A stretch of DNA of 64,000 nucleotides from contig JAUCBJ010005435.1 in NCBI GenBank assembly GCA_032718475.1, positions 1 to 64,000 of the forward strand. The letters are read 5' to 3'. A program made the position numbers and the translations under genes. Source of the stretch: Nemertoderma westbladi (lineage: Eukaryota > Animalia > Xenacoelomorpha). Positions 26,006-41,000 of this stretch are shown piece after piece. How positions within the stretch are numbered: position 1 is the stretch's first letter; each line of letters opens with the position of its first letter. The notes beneath the pieces are model-generated. The model made no database searches and had not been told where the DNA came from. It saw nothing but the letters and a program-made list of their open reading frames with translations.

Positions 26006-29000
26006 GCCTGTCTGTCTGTCTGTGTCTGTCTGTCCTCTATTAGTATTAACTAAGTATTTTCTTTCCAACAGTCCGAGTCCGAAACCGTCGCCAAAGATTT
26101 CAGATAAATTCCGTAAACACCGGAGTCCCTCGATCGACTTCAACGGATTGAACCGGTCGATATTCGGTAGAAAATCATCTTCGAAACTCCAACAGCCTAT
26201 CAAAGAGGAATCCTTCCGCGATCGCAGTAAAACACATCCAGACTCTAATAAATCTAACAGTCTAACTGTGGGCCTATCCGCAAATTGTTTAAATAATTAC
26301 AGTAAGGAAACCCCGCCCCCCTCACATGCGGAATCGGTTCCCCCATCTAGTGCCCCCTACCTCCCCCCCACATCCCCCCTCCTCCGTCGCCACCCCAAGC
26401 TGAACGCCGTCGGCCGTCGGTCAGCTCGCGATCGTCCCGCTTCCATCGCCGACGCCTCCAGTCTGGGCCTCGCAGCCGGCGGTTCCCTCCCAACCTCCGG
26501 AGTCTCCACGCCCAGTCTCCCGGGGTTACCGAAGTCCCAGACCTACACGTCCGGCGTCGGGGAGGTCAGCTCCACTTCCGTCGGTTACGGTGACGTCATC
26601 GTTGCCAGGCGACTACACGAGGCGCTGGAACACAGCGCGCAGACGGTGCGCGGCGGATGGATCGAGACTGACCTGGACGCTGCCATGGCAACGGTTTCCT
26701 CGACGACCGGAGACGACGCAGAGCCTCCCTCGCCTACAGCCGACTTAGCTCAACGCCTTGCCGAAACTGAAAGTTTATTAGGCAACGCCGGAACTCCTCA
26801 TTCCTCTCTTCATTCAGAAAGTTAGTTGAAATTTATTCACTTATATTATCTGGTTGTTCTCTTACAGGGGCGGCCAAGTCAATGACTATATAATTGTGTC
26901 ATCTATGTAACATCATAAAGTTGTAAGTTCATACGTAGAACGTAAATACACTTAACAATATATTTTGGTAGTTATTCGATCGAAAATAATGTCGCTAAAA
27001 ATCTATCGAAATTTTTTTCATTTGCGATGAGTTTCGATTAATTTTTTAACTATAGAATTTTAAACTTTTTTTAACAAAAAGCTTAACATACAGTTTTTTA
27101 TTAATTTTAATTATTCTGTAATTTTGAATGTTAAAATTTTAGAACAAAACTAAAAGTACATAAACACACAGTATTCTAATACTCATAATGCATTTGTACT
27201 CTATCAATCCATTCATTATTTAATCTAAATATAACAAACCGTTCTCAACCAAATTGTAAATTGTAAAGTGCGACTTTACACAAATAATTTTTTTGAAATA
27301 TTAAGCATATTATTATTTTTAGAGTACCAGTTAAATGACTGGGAGGAAATCTTGGGATAGGTGTAACGCCCACGGCCCACCCCTACCCTCGGGTAGCAGC
27401 TATCGAAAGAGGAGCCTTCGGGTCGCCTTCGGGTCGCCTCCGGCTTCGACCGACTGTTTGCTTGCTTGATTCTTTATAAAATAAAATTTTTATAATAGTA
27501 ACCAATAAATAATTGATAATTTTTTTATATATTACATTGGTAATAATCGAAAATCATCGGTAATCAATCGAAAATTTCAGTAAATCGATCGAAATATTTG
27601 GTAAATTTCGATGGACAACGCTAACTATAAATCACCAAGAATTTAGTATTATGAGGATGGAGTGGATGGAGTTAATTTATTTTTATTTCAATTAAATTTG
27701 TGATAAATAATTAAAAGTCAAATATTCAGACATCAAATTTCAAATTTGGCTACTTTTGACTGGAATGACTCTATTGTGCAATCCAGGGTTACCTAAATTT
27801 GTCTACGTAATACCCACACGTTAGTGGAGCCTCCCCACAGGGCGAAGTTAGCAATCGTAGCACATAAGGTGCGAATAAGGCCCTACTCGAGCAGCTGGGT
27901 GCACCCAAGCAAATTATATTGACACAGTTTAATTTAATCAAAGATCGAGAGTTAATCTGATAAAATAAGCCTGCCACCTTTCGCCGACTGACAGACAGAC
28001 CGACCGACCGACATTCATCGGTTAATAGCGATACCCGTATATGCTATAAATCTCTCTTTTTCGGGGTTCGTCCTTGAACTTGTAACTAAAGGAAGCATTA
28101 CTGTGCGGTGCGGGAGATGGGCTATCAATCCGTTATATCAGTGCACATAGTTATTGGCGTGTAGTTAACTTCTTTAAAGTAACCGGCCATTGTTTGTTTA
28201 CATGTATGTATACCCATCATATTTACCTAAAACGCTTTTATAATTAATTTAGATTAATACTTTTTTTTGCGATAATTTGGCGGCTACTTTTGTCACTTTT
28301 GACGAGAATCAACCACGTAATAATTTATATTTTTGATATGCATATTCAATTCAAACTTTTTTTTTCAATAATTATCTTTATAATTAATTATTGGCCATTT
28401 ATAGTTATCAGAAGAAAGATATATATCTTGTATGATTCACTAATAATAAACTACCTCAGCAATAAACCTGTTTTTTTATTCTCTCTCTTGTAGGACCCTC
28501 TCCATATACGAATTCCTTCATTGCCAGCCAACTATGCATCTCCATACCCCGCCAATGTATAGAAGTTAACTTCGAATTGTTACATTCCGGTTCTTGTATC
28601 ATTCCAGGTATGTAACATTCAGTTAATCCTATGTGATTCTCTTTACTCTAATAACAGTATTTATCATTTTAAATGATTGTTATTCCAAAGTTTGTACTTT
28701 AACGTGGTTTTCGTTCTGTTGTACATTATTACTAGAGTATACGTGGCTATATCTCACAATTCAGTTACATTTAATTAATAGCGAATAAAGGAAATGCTTT
28801 GGATATATTGGGATATTATTGGGATATCAATATTATTTATGGGGAGGGGATACTTCATTAAATATTTTGGACGCGATATTAGGCGAGTTCTTATCAATGT
28901 AACTATATCAACTAAACTCTGAACGTCGTTTTTAAATGAACATATCCAATTGGTTAAATGCTTTTTTGGTTAATTATGATGGTGACAGGAAATGGAAGGT

Positions 29001-32000
29001 TTGTGTTTAACATAGAGTAATTATTACTTCATTGTCTGTCCAGGAACGCGAGATTTAAATCAGAGACCGGTTATTGAATTGAACACAGCCAACCCAATTT
29101 GGTCTGGAACAGAACTCAGCAGTCTGGATGTCGGAAAGCTGCTTCTTTACTACTCCAATATACCGAGGTGAGTTTTATAAACTCAACCCAGTTAGACTTA
29201 AGCGGTGCTATACTATGACTGTGGATAATATAGACTACGTCCTACGTCATTAACATTTGATGCCTTCTCATATAACTCTCCATTTATTTAGCACACAACT
29301 AACATAAACTCTATCATAATGCAACTCCCATTTATTTATCACACGGCAACCATAAACTTTCTCATATGTAACTCCCATTTATTTCTCACACAGTTCCCAT
29401 AAACTTTCTCATATGTAACTCCCATTAATTTCTCACACAGTTCCCATAAACTTTCTCATATGTAACTCCCATTCATTTATCACACGGCATCCATAAACTT
29501 TCTCATATGTAACTCCCATTCATTTCTCACACAGTTCCCATAAACTTTCTCATATGTAACTCCCATTAATTTCTCACAAGGCATCCATAAACTTTCTCAT
29601 ATGTAACTCCCATTCATTTCTCACACAGTTCCCACAAACTTTGTCATATGTAACTCCCATTCATTTCTCACACAGTTCCCATAAACTTTCTCATATGTAA
29701 CTCCCATTCATTTCTCACAAGGCATCCATAAACTTTCTCATATGTAACTCCCATTCATTTCTCACACAGTTCCCATAACCTTTCTCATATGTAACTCCCA
29801 TTAATTTCTCAAAAGGCATCCATAAACTTTCTCATATGTAACTCCCATTCATTTCTCACACAGTTCCCATAAACTTTCTCATATGTAACTCCCATTAATT
29901 TCTCACACAGTTCCCATAAACTTTTTCATATGTAACTCCCATTCATTTATCACACGGCACCCATAAACTTTCTCATATGTAACTCCCATTCATTTCTCAC
30001 ACAGTTCCCATAAACTTTCTCATATGTAACTCCCATTCATTTCTCACACAGTTCCCATAAACTTTCTCGTATGTAACTCCCATTCATTTATCACACGGCA
30101 CCCATAAACTTTCTCACATGTAACTCCCATTCATTTATCACACGGCATCCATAAACTTTTTCATATGTAACTCCCATTCCTTTATCACACGGCACCGATA
30201 AACTTTCTCATATGTAACTCCCATTTATTTATCACACGGCATCCATAAACTTTTTCATATGTAACTCCCATTCATTTATCACACGGCATCCATAAACTTT
30301 TTCATATGTAACTCCCATTCCTTTATCACACGGCACCCATAAACTTTCTCATATGTAACTCCCATTTATTTATCACACGGCATCCATAAACTTTTTCATA
30401 TGTAACTCCCATTCATTTATCACACGGCATCCATAAACTTTTTCATATGTAACTCCCATTCCTTTATCACACGGCACCGATAAACTTTCTCATATGTAAC
30501 TCACATAGCACCCGACCCATTAATTTTCTCATATGTATCTCACATTTATTTCTCACACAACTGTCTTATAAACTTTCTCTTTTATTTCTCACACAATTAT
30601 CTTATAAACTCTCTCATTTATTTCTCACATAGCATCCATAAACTTTCTCATATGTAACTCACATTTATTTCTCACACAACTCTCATATAAACTTCCTCAT
30701 TTATTTCTCACACAAATCTCTTATAAACTCTCTCATTTATTTCTCACATAGCATCCATAAGCTTTCTCATATGTAACTCACATTTATTTCTCACACGGCA
30801 CCCATAAACCTTCTCATATGTAACTCACATTTATTTCTCACACATCTCTCTTATAAACTTCCTCATTTATTTCTCACACAAATCTCTTATAAACTATCTC
30901 ATTTATTTCTCACACATCTCTCTCATAAACATCCTCACCTCATTTATTTCTCACACAAATCTCTTATAAACTCTCTCATTTATTTCTCACATCTCTCTTA
31001 TAAACTTCCTCATTTATTTCTCACACAAATCTCTTATAAACTTTCTCATTTATTTCTCACACAGTTCCCAGGATTTAACTCGCGGTATGACAGTACTCGT
31101 TGACGCTCGCTGGGCTCTGTTATCTGCGGCTGATATTCTAAGTAAATCGATTGTCTACTTCGAAACAATGAGACCGGGGTGTATTCGTAGACTTCATATC
31201 GTCTGTCAAAATTCGACTCAGGTAAGACCTGAACAACATTATCTATATTAATTTTATCATAATTTGAAAAATATTACCAAGACACGTCACAGAATTTATA
31301 TTTTTGTAATATTATCGATTTCCCGGTTCCCACATATCACTAATAGCCACCACACCACACCAATCGTTCGCCTATTCTTTAATTTCTTGTTTATAATTCT
31401 CAGTTATATTGATCTGTTTGCAGGTATTCATAGAGAAGAAATGTGCTGTAACTCGTATTGGAACGCTAACGTTAACGTTTAGCAACTCAATGCAGTCTTT
31501 ATTGGATATTTCCGATCGCCATCAATTAACCACCTACTCCGGGGGTCGATATACGTACCTGCACGAGGATTGGATCCGTTTCAGAATGAAGGTGAGTTCG
31601 AACACGGGGATTGGATCCGGTTCAGAATGAAGGTGAGTTCGAACACGGGGATTGGATCCTGTTCAGAATGAAGGTGAGTTCGAACACGGGGATTGGATCC
31701 GGTTCAGAATGAAGGTGAGTTCGAACACGGGGATTGGATCCGTTTCAGAATGAAGGTGAGTTCGAACACGGGGATTGGATCCGTTTCAGAATGAAGGTGA
31801 GTTCGAACACGGGGATTGGATCCGTTTCAGAATGAAGGTGAGTTCGAACACGGGGATTGGATCCGTTTCAGAATGAAGGTGAGTTCGAACACGGGGATTG
31901 GATCCGTTTCAGAATGAAGGTGAGTTCGAACACGGGGATTGGATCCGTTTCAGAATGAAGGTGAGTTCGAACACGGGGATTGGATCCGGTTCAGAATGAA

Positions 32001-35000
32001 GGTGAGTTCGAACGCGGGGATTGGATCCGTTTCAGAATGAAGGTGAGTTCGAACACGGGGATTGGATCCGGTTCAGAATGAAGGTGAGTTCGAACACGGG
32101 GATTGGATCCGGTTCAGAATGAAGGTGAGTTCGAACACGGGGATTGGATCCGGTTCAGAATGAAGGTGAGTTCGAACACGGGGATTGGATCCGTTTCAGA
32201 ATGAAGGTGAGTTCGAACACGGGGATTGGATCCGTTTCAGAATGAAGGTGAGTTCGAACACGGGGATTGGATCCGGTTCAGAATGAAGGTGAGTTCGAAC
32301 GCGGGGATTGGATCCGTTTCAGAATGAAGGTGAGTTCGAACACGGGGATTGGATTCGGTTCAGAATGAAGGTGAGTTCGAACACGAGGATTGGATCCGGT
32401 TCAGAATGAAGGTGAGTTCGAACACGGGGATTGGATCCGGTTCAGAATGAAGGTGAGTTCGAACACGGGGATTGGATTCGGTTCAGAATGAAGGTGAGTT
32501 CGAACACGAGGATTGGATCCGGTTCAGAATGAAGGTGAGTTCGAACACGGGGATTGGATCCGGTTCAGAATGAAGGTGAGTTCGAACACGAGGATTGGAT
32601 CCGGTTCAGAATGAAGGTGAGTTCGAACACGGGGATTGGATCCGGTTCAGAATGAAGGTGAGTTCGAACACGGGGATTGGATCCGTTTCAGAATGAAGGT
32701 GAGTTCGAACACGGGGATTGGATCCGGTTCAGAATGAAGGTGAGTTCGAACACGGGGATTGGATCCGGTTCAGAATGAAGGTGAGTTCGAACACGGGGAT
32801 TGGATCCGTTTCAGAATGAAGGTGAGTTCGAACACGGGGATTGGATCCGTTTCAGAATGAAGGTGAGTTCGAACACGAGGATTGGATCCGGTTCAGAATG
32901 AAGGTGAGTTCGAACACGGGGATTGGATCCGGTTCAGAATGAAGGTGAGTTCGAACACGGGGATTGGATCCGGTTCAGAATGAAGGTGAGTTCGAACACG
33001 GGGATTGGATCCGGTTCAGAATGAAGGTGAGTTCGAACACGGGGATTGGATCCGGTTCAGAATGAAGGTGAGTTCGAACACGGGGATTGGATCCGGTTCA
33101 GAATGAAGGTGAGTTCGAACACGGGGATTGGATCCGGTTCAGAATGAAGGTGAGTTCGAACACGGGGATTGGATCCGGTTCAGAATGAAGGTTGAGTTCG
33201 AACACGGGGATTGGATCCGGTTCAGAATGAAGGTGAGTTCGAACACGGGGATTGGATCCGGTTCAGAATGAAGGTGAGTTCGAACACGGGGATTGGATCC
33301 GGTTCAGAATGAAGGTGAGTTCGAACACGGGGATTGGATCCGGTTCAGAATGAAGGTGAGTTCGAACACGGGGATTGGATCCGGTTCAGAATGAAGGTGA
33401 GTTCGAACGCGGGGATATTTATGTTATACTTACTTAGTATTGATTGACACACAACCTAGCTAAGTCTCTCTATATCCCTCGTTGCGTTCTCTCTCTGTAG
33501 TTGGAACCATTATCGGAACTGTGTAAGGCGGCGGCTAGTTTCCTCCGTCGGATGCACACGGAACTCTCTACGGAATCCATCCCTTCCTTCGCTCGGGATA
33601 TATCATCCCTACACGCCCATCACGAGAGTCGCATTGCCAGTATCCACGAAGATGCGAGGGTAGATCGGTTGCTAAGCGACGGTCCCACTGCTCTCAAGTC
33701 ACTCAAGAACGAATCAATGTCGCTTGGTTAGTGTGGGTTTCTTGTGTCTGTCTAGTCTAACATTGTATCAATTGGTTAGTCAGTTTACTGTGTCTGTCTA
33801 TCATTGTATCAATTGGTTAGTGTAAGTTTACTGTGTCTGTCTAACATTGTATCAATTGGTATTGTGTCTGTCTAACATTGTATCAATTGTTTAGTGTTAG
33901 TTTATTGTGTCTGTCTAACATTGTACCAATTTGTTAGTGTCTGTTTATTGTGTCTGTCTAACATTGTATCAATTGGTTAGTGTCTGTTTATTGTGTCTGT
34001 CTAACATTGTACCAATTGGTTAGTGTCTGTTTATTGTGTCTGTCTAACATTGTATCAATTGGTAGTGTCGGATTATTGTGTCGTCTGACATTGTATCAAT
34101 TGGTTAGTGTCGGTTTATTGTGTCTGTCTATCATTGTATCAATTGGTTAGTGTCGGTTTATTGTGTTGTCTAACATTGTATCAATTGGTTAGTGTCGGTT
34201 TATTGTGTCTGTCTATCATTGTATCAATTGGTTAGTGTCGGTTTATTGTGTCTGTCTATCATCGTATCAATTGGTAGTGTCGGTTTATTGTGTCTGTCTA
34301 ACATTGTATCAATTGGTTAGTGTCGGTTTATTGTGTCTGTCTAACATTGTATCAATTGGTAGTGTCGGTTTATTGTGTCTGTCTAACATTGTATCAATTG
34401 GTTAGTGTCGGTTTATTGTGTCTGTCTAACATTGTATCAATTGGTAGTGTCGGTTTATTGTGTCTGTCTAACATTGTATCAATTGGTTAGTGTCGGTTTA
34501 TTGTATCTGTCTAACATTGTATCAATTGGTAGTGTCGGTTTATTGTGTCTGTCTAACATTGTATCAATTGGTTAGTATCGGTTTCTTGTGTCGTCTAACA
34601 TTGTATCAATTGGTTAGTGTCGGTTTATTGTGTTTGTCTAACATTGTATCAATTGGTTAGTGTCGGTTTATTGTGTCGTCTAACATTGTATCAATTGGTA
34701 GTGTCGGTTTATTGTGTCTGTCTATCATTGTATCAATTGGTAGTGTCGGTTTATTGTGTCGTCTAACATTGTATCAATTGGTAGTGTCGGTTTATTGTGT
34801 TTGTCTAACATTCTATCAATTGGTTAGTGTCGGTTTATTGTGTATGATTAACATTGTATCAATTGGTTAGTGTCGGTTTATTGTGTCTGTCTAACATTGT
34901 ATCAATTGGTTAGTTTCGATTTATTGTGTCTGTCTAACATTGTTTCAATTGGTTAGTGTCGGTTTATTGTGTCTGTCAAACATTCTATCAATTGGTTAGT

Positions 35001-38000
35001 GTCGGTTTATTGTGTCTGTCAAATATTCTATCAATTGGTAGTGTCGGTTTATTGTGTCTGTCTATCATTGTATCAATTGGTTAGTATCGGTTTATTGTTT
35101 CGTCTAACATTGTATCAATTGGATAGTGTCGGTTTATTGTGTCTGTCTATCATTGTATCAATTGGATAGTGTCGGTTTATTGTGTCGTCTAACATTGTAT
35201 CAATTGGTTAGTGTCGGTTTATTGTGTCTGTCTAACATTGTTTCAATTGGTTAGTTTCGGTTTATTGTGTCTGTCTAACATTGTATCAATTGGTTAGTGT
35301 CGGTTTATTGTGTCTGTCTAACATTGTATCAATTGGTTAGTTTCGATTTATTGTGTCTGTCTAACATTGTATCAATTGGTTAGTGTCGGTTTATTGTGTC
35401 TGTCTATCATTGTATCAATTGGTTAGTATCGGTTTATTGTGTCGTCTAACATTGTATCAATTGGATAGTGTCGGTTTATTGTGTCTGTCTATCATTGTAT
35501 CAATTGGATAGTGTCGGTTTATTGTGTCGTCTAACATTGTATCAATTGGATAGTGTCGGTTTATTGTGTCTGTCTATCATTGTATCAATTGGATAGTGTC
35601 GGTTTATTGTGTCGTCTAACATTGTATCAATTGGTTAGTGTCGGTTTATTGTGTCTGTCTAACATTGTTTCAATTGGTTAGTTTCGGTTTATTGTGTCTG
35701 TCTAACATTGTATCAATTGGTTAGTGTCGGTTTATTGTGTCTGTCTAACATTGTATCAATTGGTTAGTTTCGATTTATTGTGTCTGTCTAACATTGTATC
35801 AATTGGTTAGTGTCGGTTTATTGTGTCTGTCTATCATTGTATCAATTGGTTAGTATCGGTTTATTGTGTCGTCTAACATTGTATCAATTGGATAGTGTCG
35901 GTTTATTGTGTCTGTCTATCATTGTATCAATTGGATAGTGTCGGTTTATTGTGTCGTCTAACATTGTATCAATTGGTTAGTGTCGGTTTATTGTGTTTGT
36001 CTAACATTCTATCAATTGGTTAGTGTCGGTTTATTGTGTCTGTCTATCATTGTATCAATTGGTTAGTGTCGGTTTATTGTGTCTGTCTAACATTGTATCA
36101 ATTGGTTAGTTTCGATTTATTGTGTCTGTCTAACATTGTTTCAATTGGTTAGTGTCGGTTTATTGTGTCTGTCTAACATTGTATCAATTGGTTAGTTTCG
36201 ATTTATTGTGTCTGTCTAACATTGTTTCAATTGGTTAGTGTCGGTTTATTGTGTCTGTCAAACATTCTATCAATTGGTTAGTGTCGGTTTATTGTGTCTG
36301 TCAAATATTCTATCTATTGGTAGTGTCGGTTTATTGTGTCTGTCTATCATTGTATCAATTGGTTAGTGTCGGTTTATTGTGTATGTCAAACATTCTATCA
36401 ATTGGTTAGTGTCGGTTTATTGTGTCTGTCAAATATTCTATCAATTGGTAGTGTCGGTTTATTGTGTCTGTCTATCATTGTATCAATTGGTTAGTATCGG
36501 TTTATTGTGTCGTCTAACATTGTATCAATTGGATAGTGTCGGTTTATTGTGTCTGTCTATCATTGTATCAATTGGTTAGTATCGGTTTATTGTGTCGTCT
36601 AACATTGTATCAATTGGATAGTGTCGGTTTATTGTGTCTGTCTATCATTGTATCAATTGGATAGTGTCGGTTTATTGTGTCGTCTAACATTGTATCAATT
36701 GGTTAGTGTCGGTTTATTGTGTCTGTCTAACATTGTTTCAATTGGTTAGTTTCGGTTTATTGTGTCTGTCTAACATTGTATCAATTGGTTAGTTTCGATT
36801 TATTGTGTCTGTCTAACATTGTTTCAATTGGTTAGTGTCGGTTTATTGTGTCTGTCAAACATTCTATCAATTGGTTAGTGTCGGTTTATTGTGTCTGTCA
36901 AATATTCTATCAATTGGTAGTGTCGGTTTATTGTGTCTGTCTATCATTGTATCAATTGGTTAGTGTCGGTTTATTGTGTCTGTCTAACATTGTATCAATT
37001 GGTTAGTTTCGATTTATTGTGTCTGTCTAACATTGTTTCAATTGGTTAGTGTCGGTTTATTGTGTCTGTCAAACATTCTATCAATTGGTAGTGTCGGTTT
37101 ATTGTGTCTGTCTATCATTGTATCAATTGGATAGTGTCGGTTTATTGTGTCTGTCTATCATTGTATCAATTGGTTAGTATCGGTTTATTGTGTCGTCTAA
37201 CATTGTATCAATTGGATAGTGTCGGTTTATTGTGTCTGTCTATCATTGTATCAATTGGATAGTGTCGGTTTATTGTGTCGTCTAACATTGTATCAATTGG
37301 TTAGTGTCGGTTTATTGTGTCTGTCTAACATTGTATCAATTGGTTAGTGTCGGTTTATTGTGTCTGTCTAACATTGTATCAATTGGTAGTGTCGGTTTAT
37401 TGTGTCTGTCTAACATTGTATCAATTGGTTAGTGTCGGTTTATTGTATCTGTCTAACATTGTATCAATTGGTAGTGTCGGTTTATTGTGTCTGTCTAACA
37501 TTGTATCAATTGGTTAGTATCGGTTTCTTGTGTCGTCTAACATTGTATCAATTGGTTAGTGTCGGTTTATTGTGTTTGTCTAACATTCTATCAATTGGTT
37601 AGTGTCGGTTTATTGTGTCTGTCAAACATTGTATCAATTGGTTAGTGTCGGTTTATTGTGTCTGTCTAACATTGTATCAATTGGTTAGTTTCGATTTATT
37701 GTGTCTGTCTAACATTGTTTCAATTGGTTAGTGTCGGTTTATTGTGTCTGTCAAACATTCTATCAATTGGTTAGTGTCGGTTTATTGTGTCTGTCAAATA
37801 TTCTATCAATTGGTAGTGTCGGTTTATTGTGTCTGTCTATCATTGTATCAATTGGTTAGTATCGGTTTATTGTTTCGTCTAACATTGTATCAATTGGATA
37901 GTGTCGGTTTATTGTGTCTGTCTATCATTGTATCAATTGGATAGTGTCGGTTTATTGTGTCGTCTAACATTGTATCAATTGGTTAGTGTCGGTTTATTGT

Positions 38001-41000
38001 GTCTGTCTAACATTGTTTCAATTGGTTAGTTTCGGTTTATTGTGTCTGTCTAACATTGTATCAATTGGTAGTGTCGGTTTATTGTGTCTGTCTAACATTG
38101 TATCAATTGGTAGTGTCGGTTTATTGTGTCAGTCAAATATTCTATCAATTGGTTAGTGTCGGTTTATTGTGTCTGTCTAACATTGTATCAATTGGTTAGT
38201 TTCGATTTATTGTGTCTGTCTAACATTGTATCAATTGGTTAGTGTCGGTTTATTGTGTCTGTCTAACATTGTATCAATTGGTTAGTTTCGATTTATTGTG
38301 TCTGTCTAACATTGTATCAATTGGTTAGTGTCGGTTTATTGTGTCTGTCTATCATTGTATCAATTGGTTAGTATCGGTTTATTGTGTCGTCTAACATTGT
38401 ATCAATTGGATAGTGTCGGTTTATTGTGTCTGTCTATCATTGTATCAATTGGATAGTGTCGGTTTATTGTGTCGTCTAACATTGTATCAATTGGTTAGTG
38501 TCGGTTTATTGTGTCTGTCTAACATTGTATCAATTGGTAGTGTCGGTTTATTGTGTCTGTCTAACATTGTATCAATTGGTTAGTGTCGGTTTATTGTGTC
38601 TGTCTAACATTGTATCAATTGGTAGTGTCGGTTTATTGTGTCTGTCTAACATTGTATCAATTGGTTAGTGTCGGTTTATTATATCTGTCTAACATTGTAT
38701 CAATTGGTAGTGTCGGTTTATTGTGTCTGTCTAACATTGTATCAATTGGTTAGTATCGGTTTATTGTGTCGTCTAACATTGTATCAATTGGTTAGTATCG
38801 GTTTATTGTGTCTGTCTAACATTGTATCAATTGGTTAGTGTCGATTTATTGTGTCTGTCTAACATTGTTTCAATTGGTTAGTGTCGGTTTATTGTGTTTG
38901 TCTAACATTCTATCAATTGGTTAGTGTCGGTTTATTGTGTCTGTCTAACATTGTATCAATTGGTTAGTGTCGGTTTATTGTGTCTGTCTAACATTGTATC
39001 AATTGGTTAGTTTCGATTTATTGTGTCTGTCTAACATTGTTTCAATTGGTTAGTGTCGGTTTATTGTGTCTGTCAAGCATTCTATCAATTGGTTAGTGTC
39101 GGTTTATTGTGTCTGTCAAATATTCTATCTATTGGTAGTGTCGGTTTATTGTGTCTGTCTATCATTGTATCAATTGGTTAGTGTCGGTTTATTGTGTATG
39201 TCAAACATTCTATCAATTGGTTAGTGTCGGTTTATTGTGTCTGTCAAATATTCTATCAATTGGTAGTGTCGGTTTATTGTGTCTGTCTATCATTGTATCA
39301 ATTGGTTAGTATCGGTTTATTGTGTCGTCTAACATTGTATCAATTGGATAGTGTCGGTTTATTGTGTCTGTCAAATATTCTATCAATTGGTTAGTGTCGG
39401 TTTATTGTGTCTGTCAAATATTCTATCAATTGGTAGTGTCGGTTTATTGTGTCTGTCTATCATTGTATCAATTGGTTAGTATCGGTTTATTGTGTCGTCT
39501 AACATTGTATCAATTGGTAGTGTCGGTTTATTGTGTCTGTCTAACATTGTATCAATTGGTTAGTGTCGGTTTATTGTGTCTGTCTAACATTGTATCAATT
39601 GGTAGTGTCGGTTTATTGTGTCTGTCTAACATTGTATCAATTGGTTAGTGTCGGTTTATTATATCTGTCTAACATTGTATCAATTGGTAGTGTCGGTTTA
39701 TTGTGTCTGTCTAACATTGTATCAATTGGTTAGTATCGGTTTATTGTGTCGTCTAACATTGTATCAATTGGTTAGTATCGGTTTATTGTGTCTGTCTAAC
39801 ATTGTATCAATTGGTTAGTGTCGGTTTATTGTGTTTGTCTAACATTCTATCAATTGGTTAGTGTCGGTTTATTGTGTCTGTCTAACATTGTATCAATTGG
39901 TTAGTGTCGGTTTATTGTGTCTGTCTAACATTGTATCAATTGGTTAGTTTCGATTTATTGTGTCTGTCTAACATTGTTTCAATTGGTTAGTGTCGGTTTA
40001 TTGTGTCTGTCAAGCATTCTATCAATTGGTTAGTGTCGGTTTATTGTGTCTGTCAAATATTCTATCTATTGGTAGTGTCGGTTTATTGTGTCTGTCTATC
40101 ATTGTATCAATTGGTTAGTGTCGGTTTATTGTGTATGTCAAACATTCTATCAATTGGTTAGTGTCGGTTTATTGTGTCTGTCAAATATTCTATCAATTGG
40201 TAGTGTCGGTTTATTGTGTCTGTCTATCATTGTATCAATTGGTTAGTATCGGTTTATTGTGTCGTCTAACATTGTATCAATTGGATAGTGTCGGTTTATT
40301 GTGTCTGTCTATCATTGTATCAATTGGTTAGTATCGGTTTATTGTGTCGTCTAACATTGTATCAATTGGATAGTGTCGGTTTATTGTGTCTTTGTCTATC
40401 ATTGTATCAATTGGATAGTGTCGGTTTATTGTGTCGTCTAACATTGTATCAATTGGTTAGTGTCGGTTTATTGTGTCTGTCTAACATTGTTTCAATTGGT
40501 TAGTTTCGGTTTATTGTGTCTGTCTAACATTGTATCAATTGGTTAGTTTCGATTTATTGTGTCTGTCTAACATTGTTTCAATTGGTTAGTGTCGGTTTAT
40601 TGTGTCTGTCAAACATTCTATCAATTGGTTAGTGTCGGTTTATTGTGTCTGTCAAATATTCTATCAATTGGTAGTGTCGGTTTATTGTGTCTGTCTATCA
40701 TTGTATCAATTGGTTAGTGTCGGTTTATTGTGTATGTCAAACATTCTATCAATTGGTTAGTGTCGGTTTATTGTGTCTGTCAAATATTCTATCAATTGGC
40801 AGTGTCGGTTTATTGTGTCTGTCTATCATTGTATCAATTGGTTAGTATCGGTTTATTGTGTCGTCTAACATTGTATCAATTGGATAGTGTCGGTTTATTG
40901 TGTCTGTCTATCATTGTATCAATTGGATAGTGTCGGTTTATTGTGTCTGTCTATCATTGTATCAATTGGTTAGTATCGGTTTATTGTGTCTGTCTATCAT

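Noticed and set aside
31562-33416. CRISPR-like appearance of the 29-47 bp repeat arrays
   Set aside because: Units are head-to-tail with no unique spacers, there are no cas genes, and the context is a spliced eukaryotic gene.
34205-40930. Many short Cys/Val-rich ORFs in the 43-bp array
   Set aside because: Repeat-derived reading frames with no splice or domain support.
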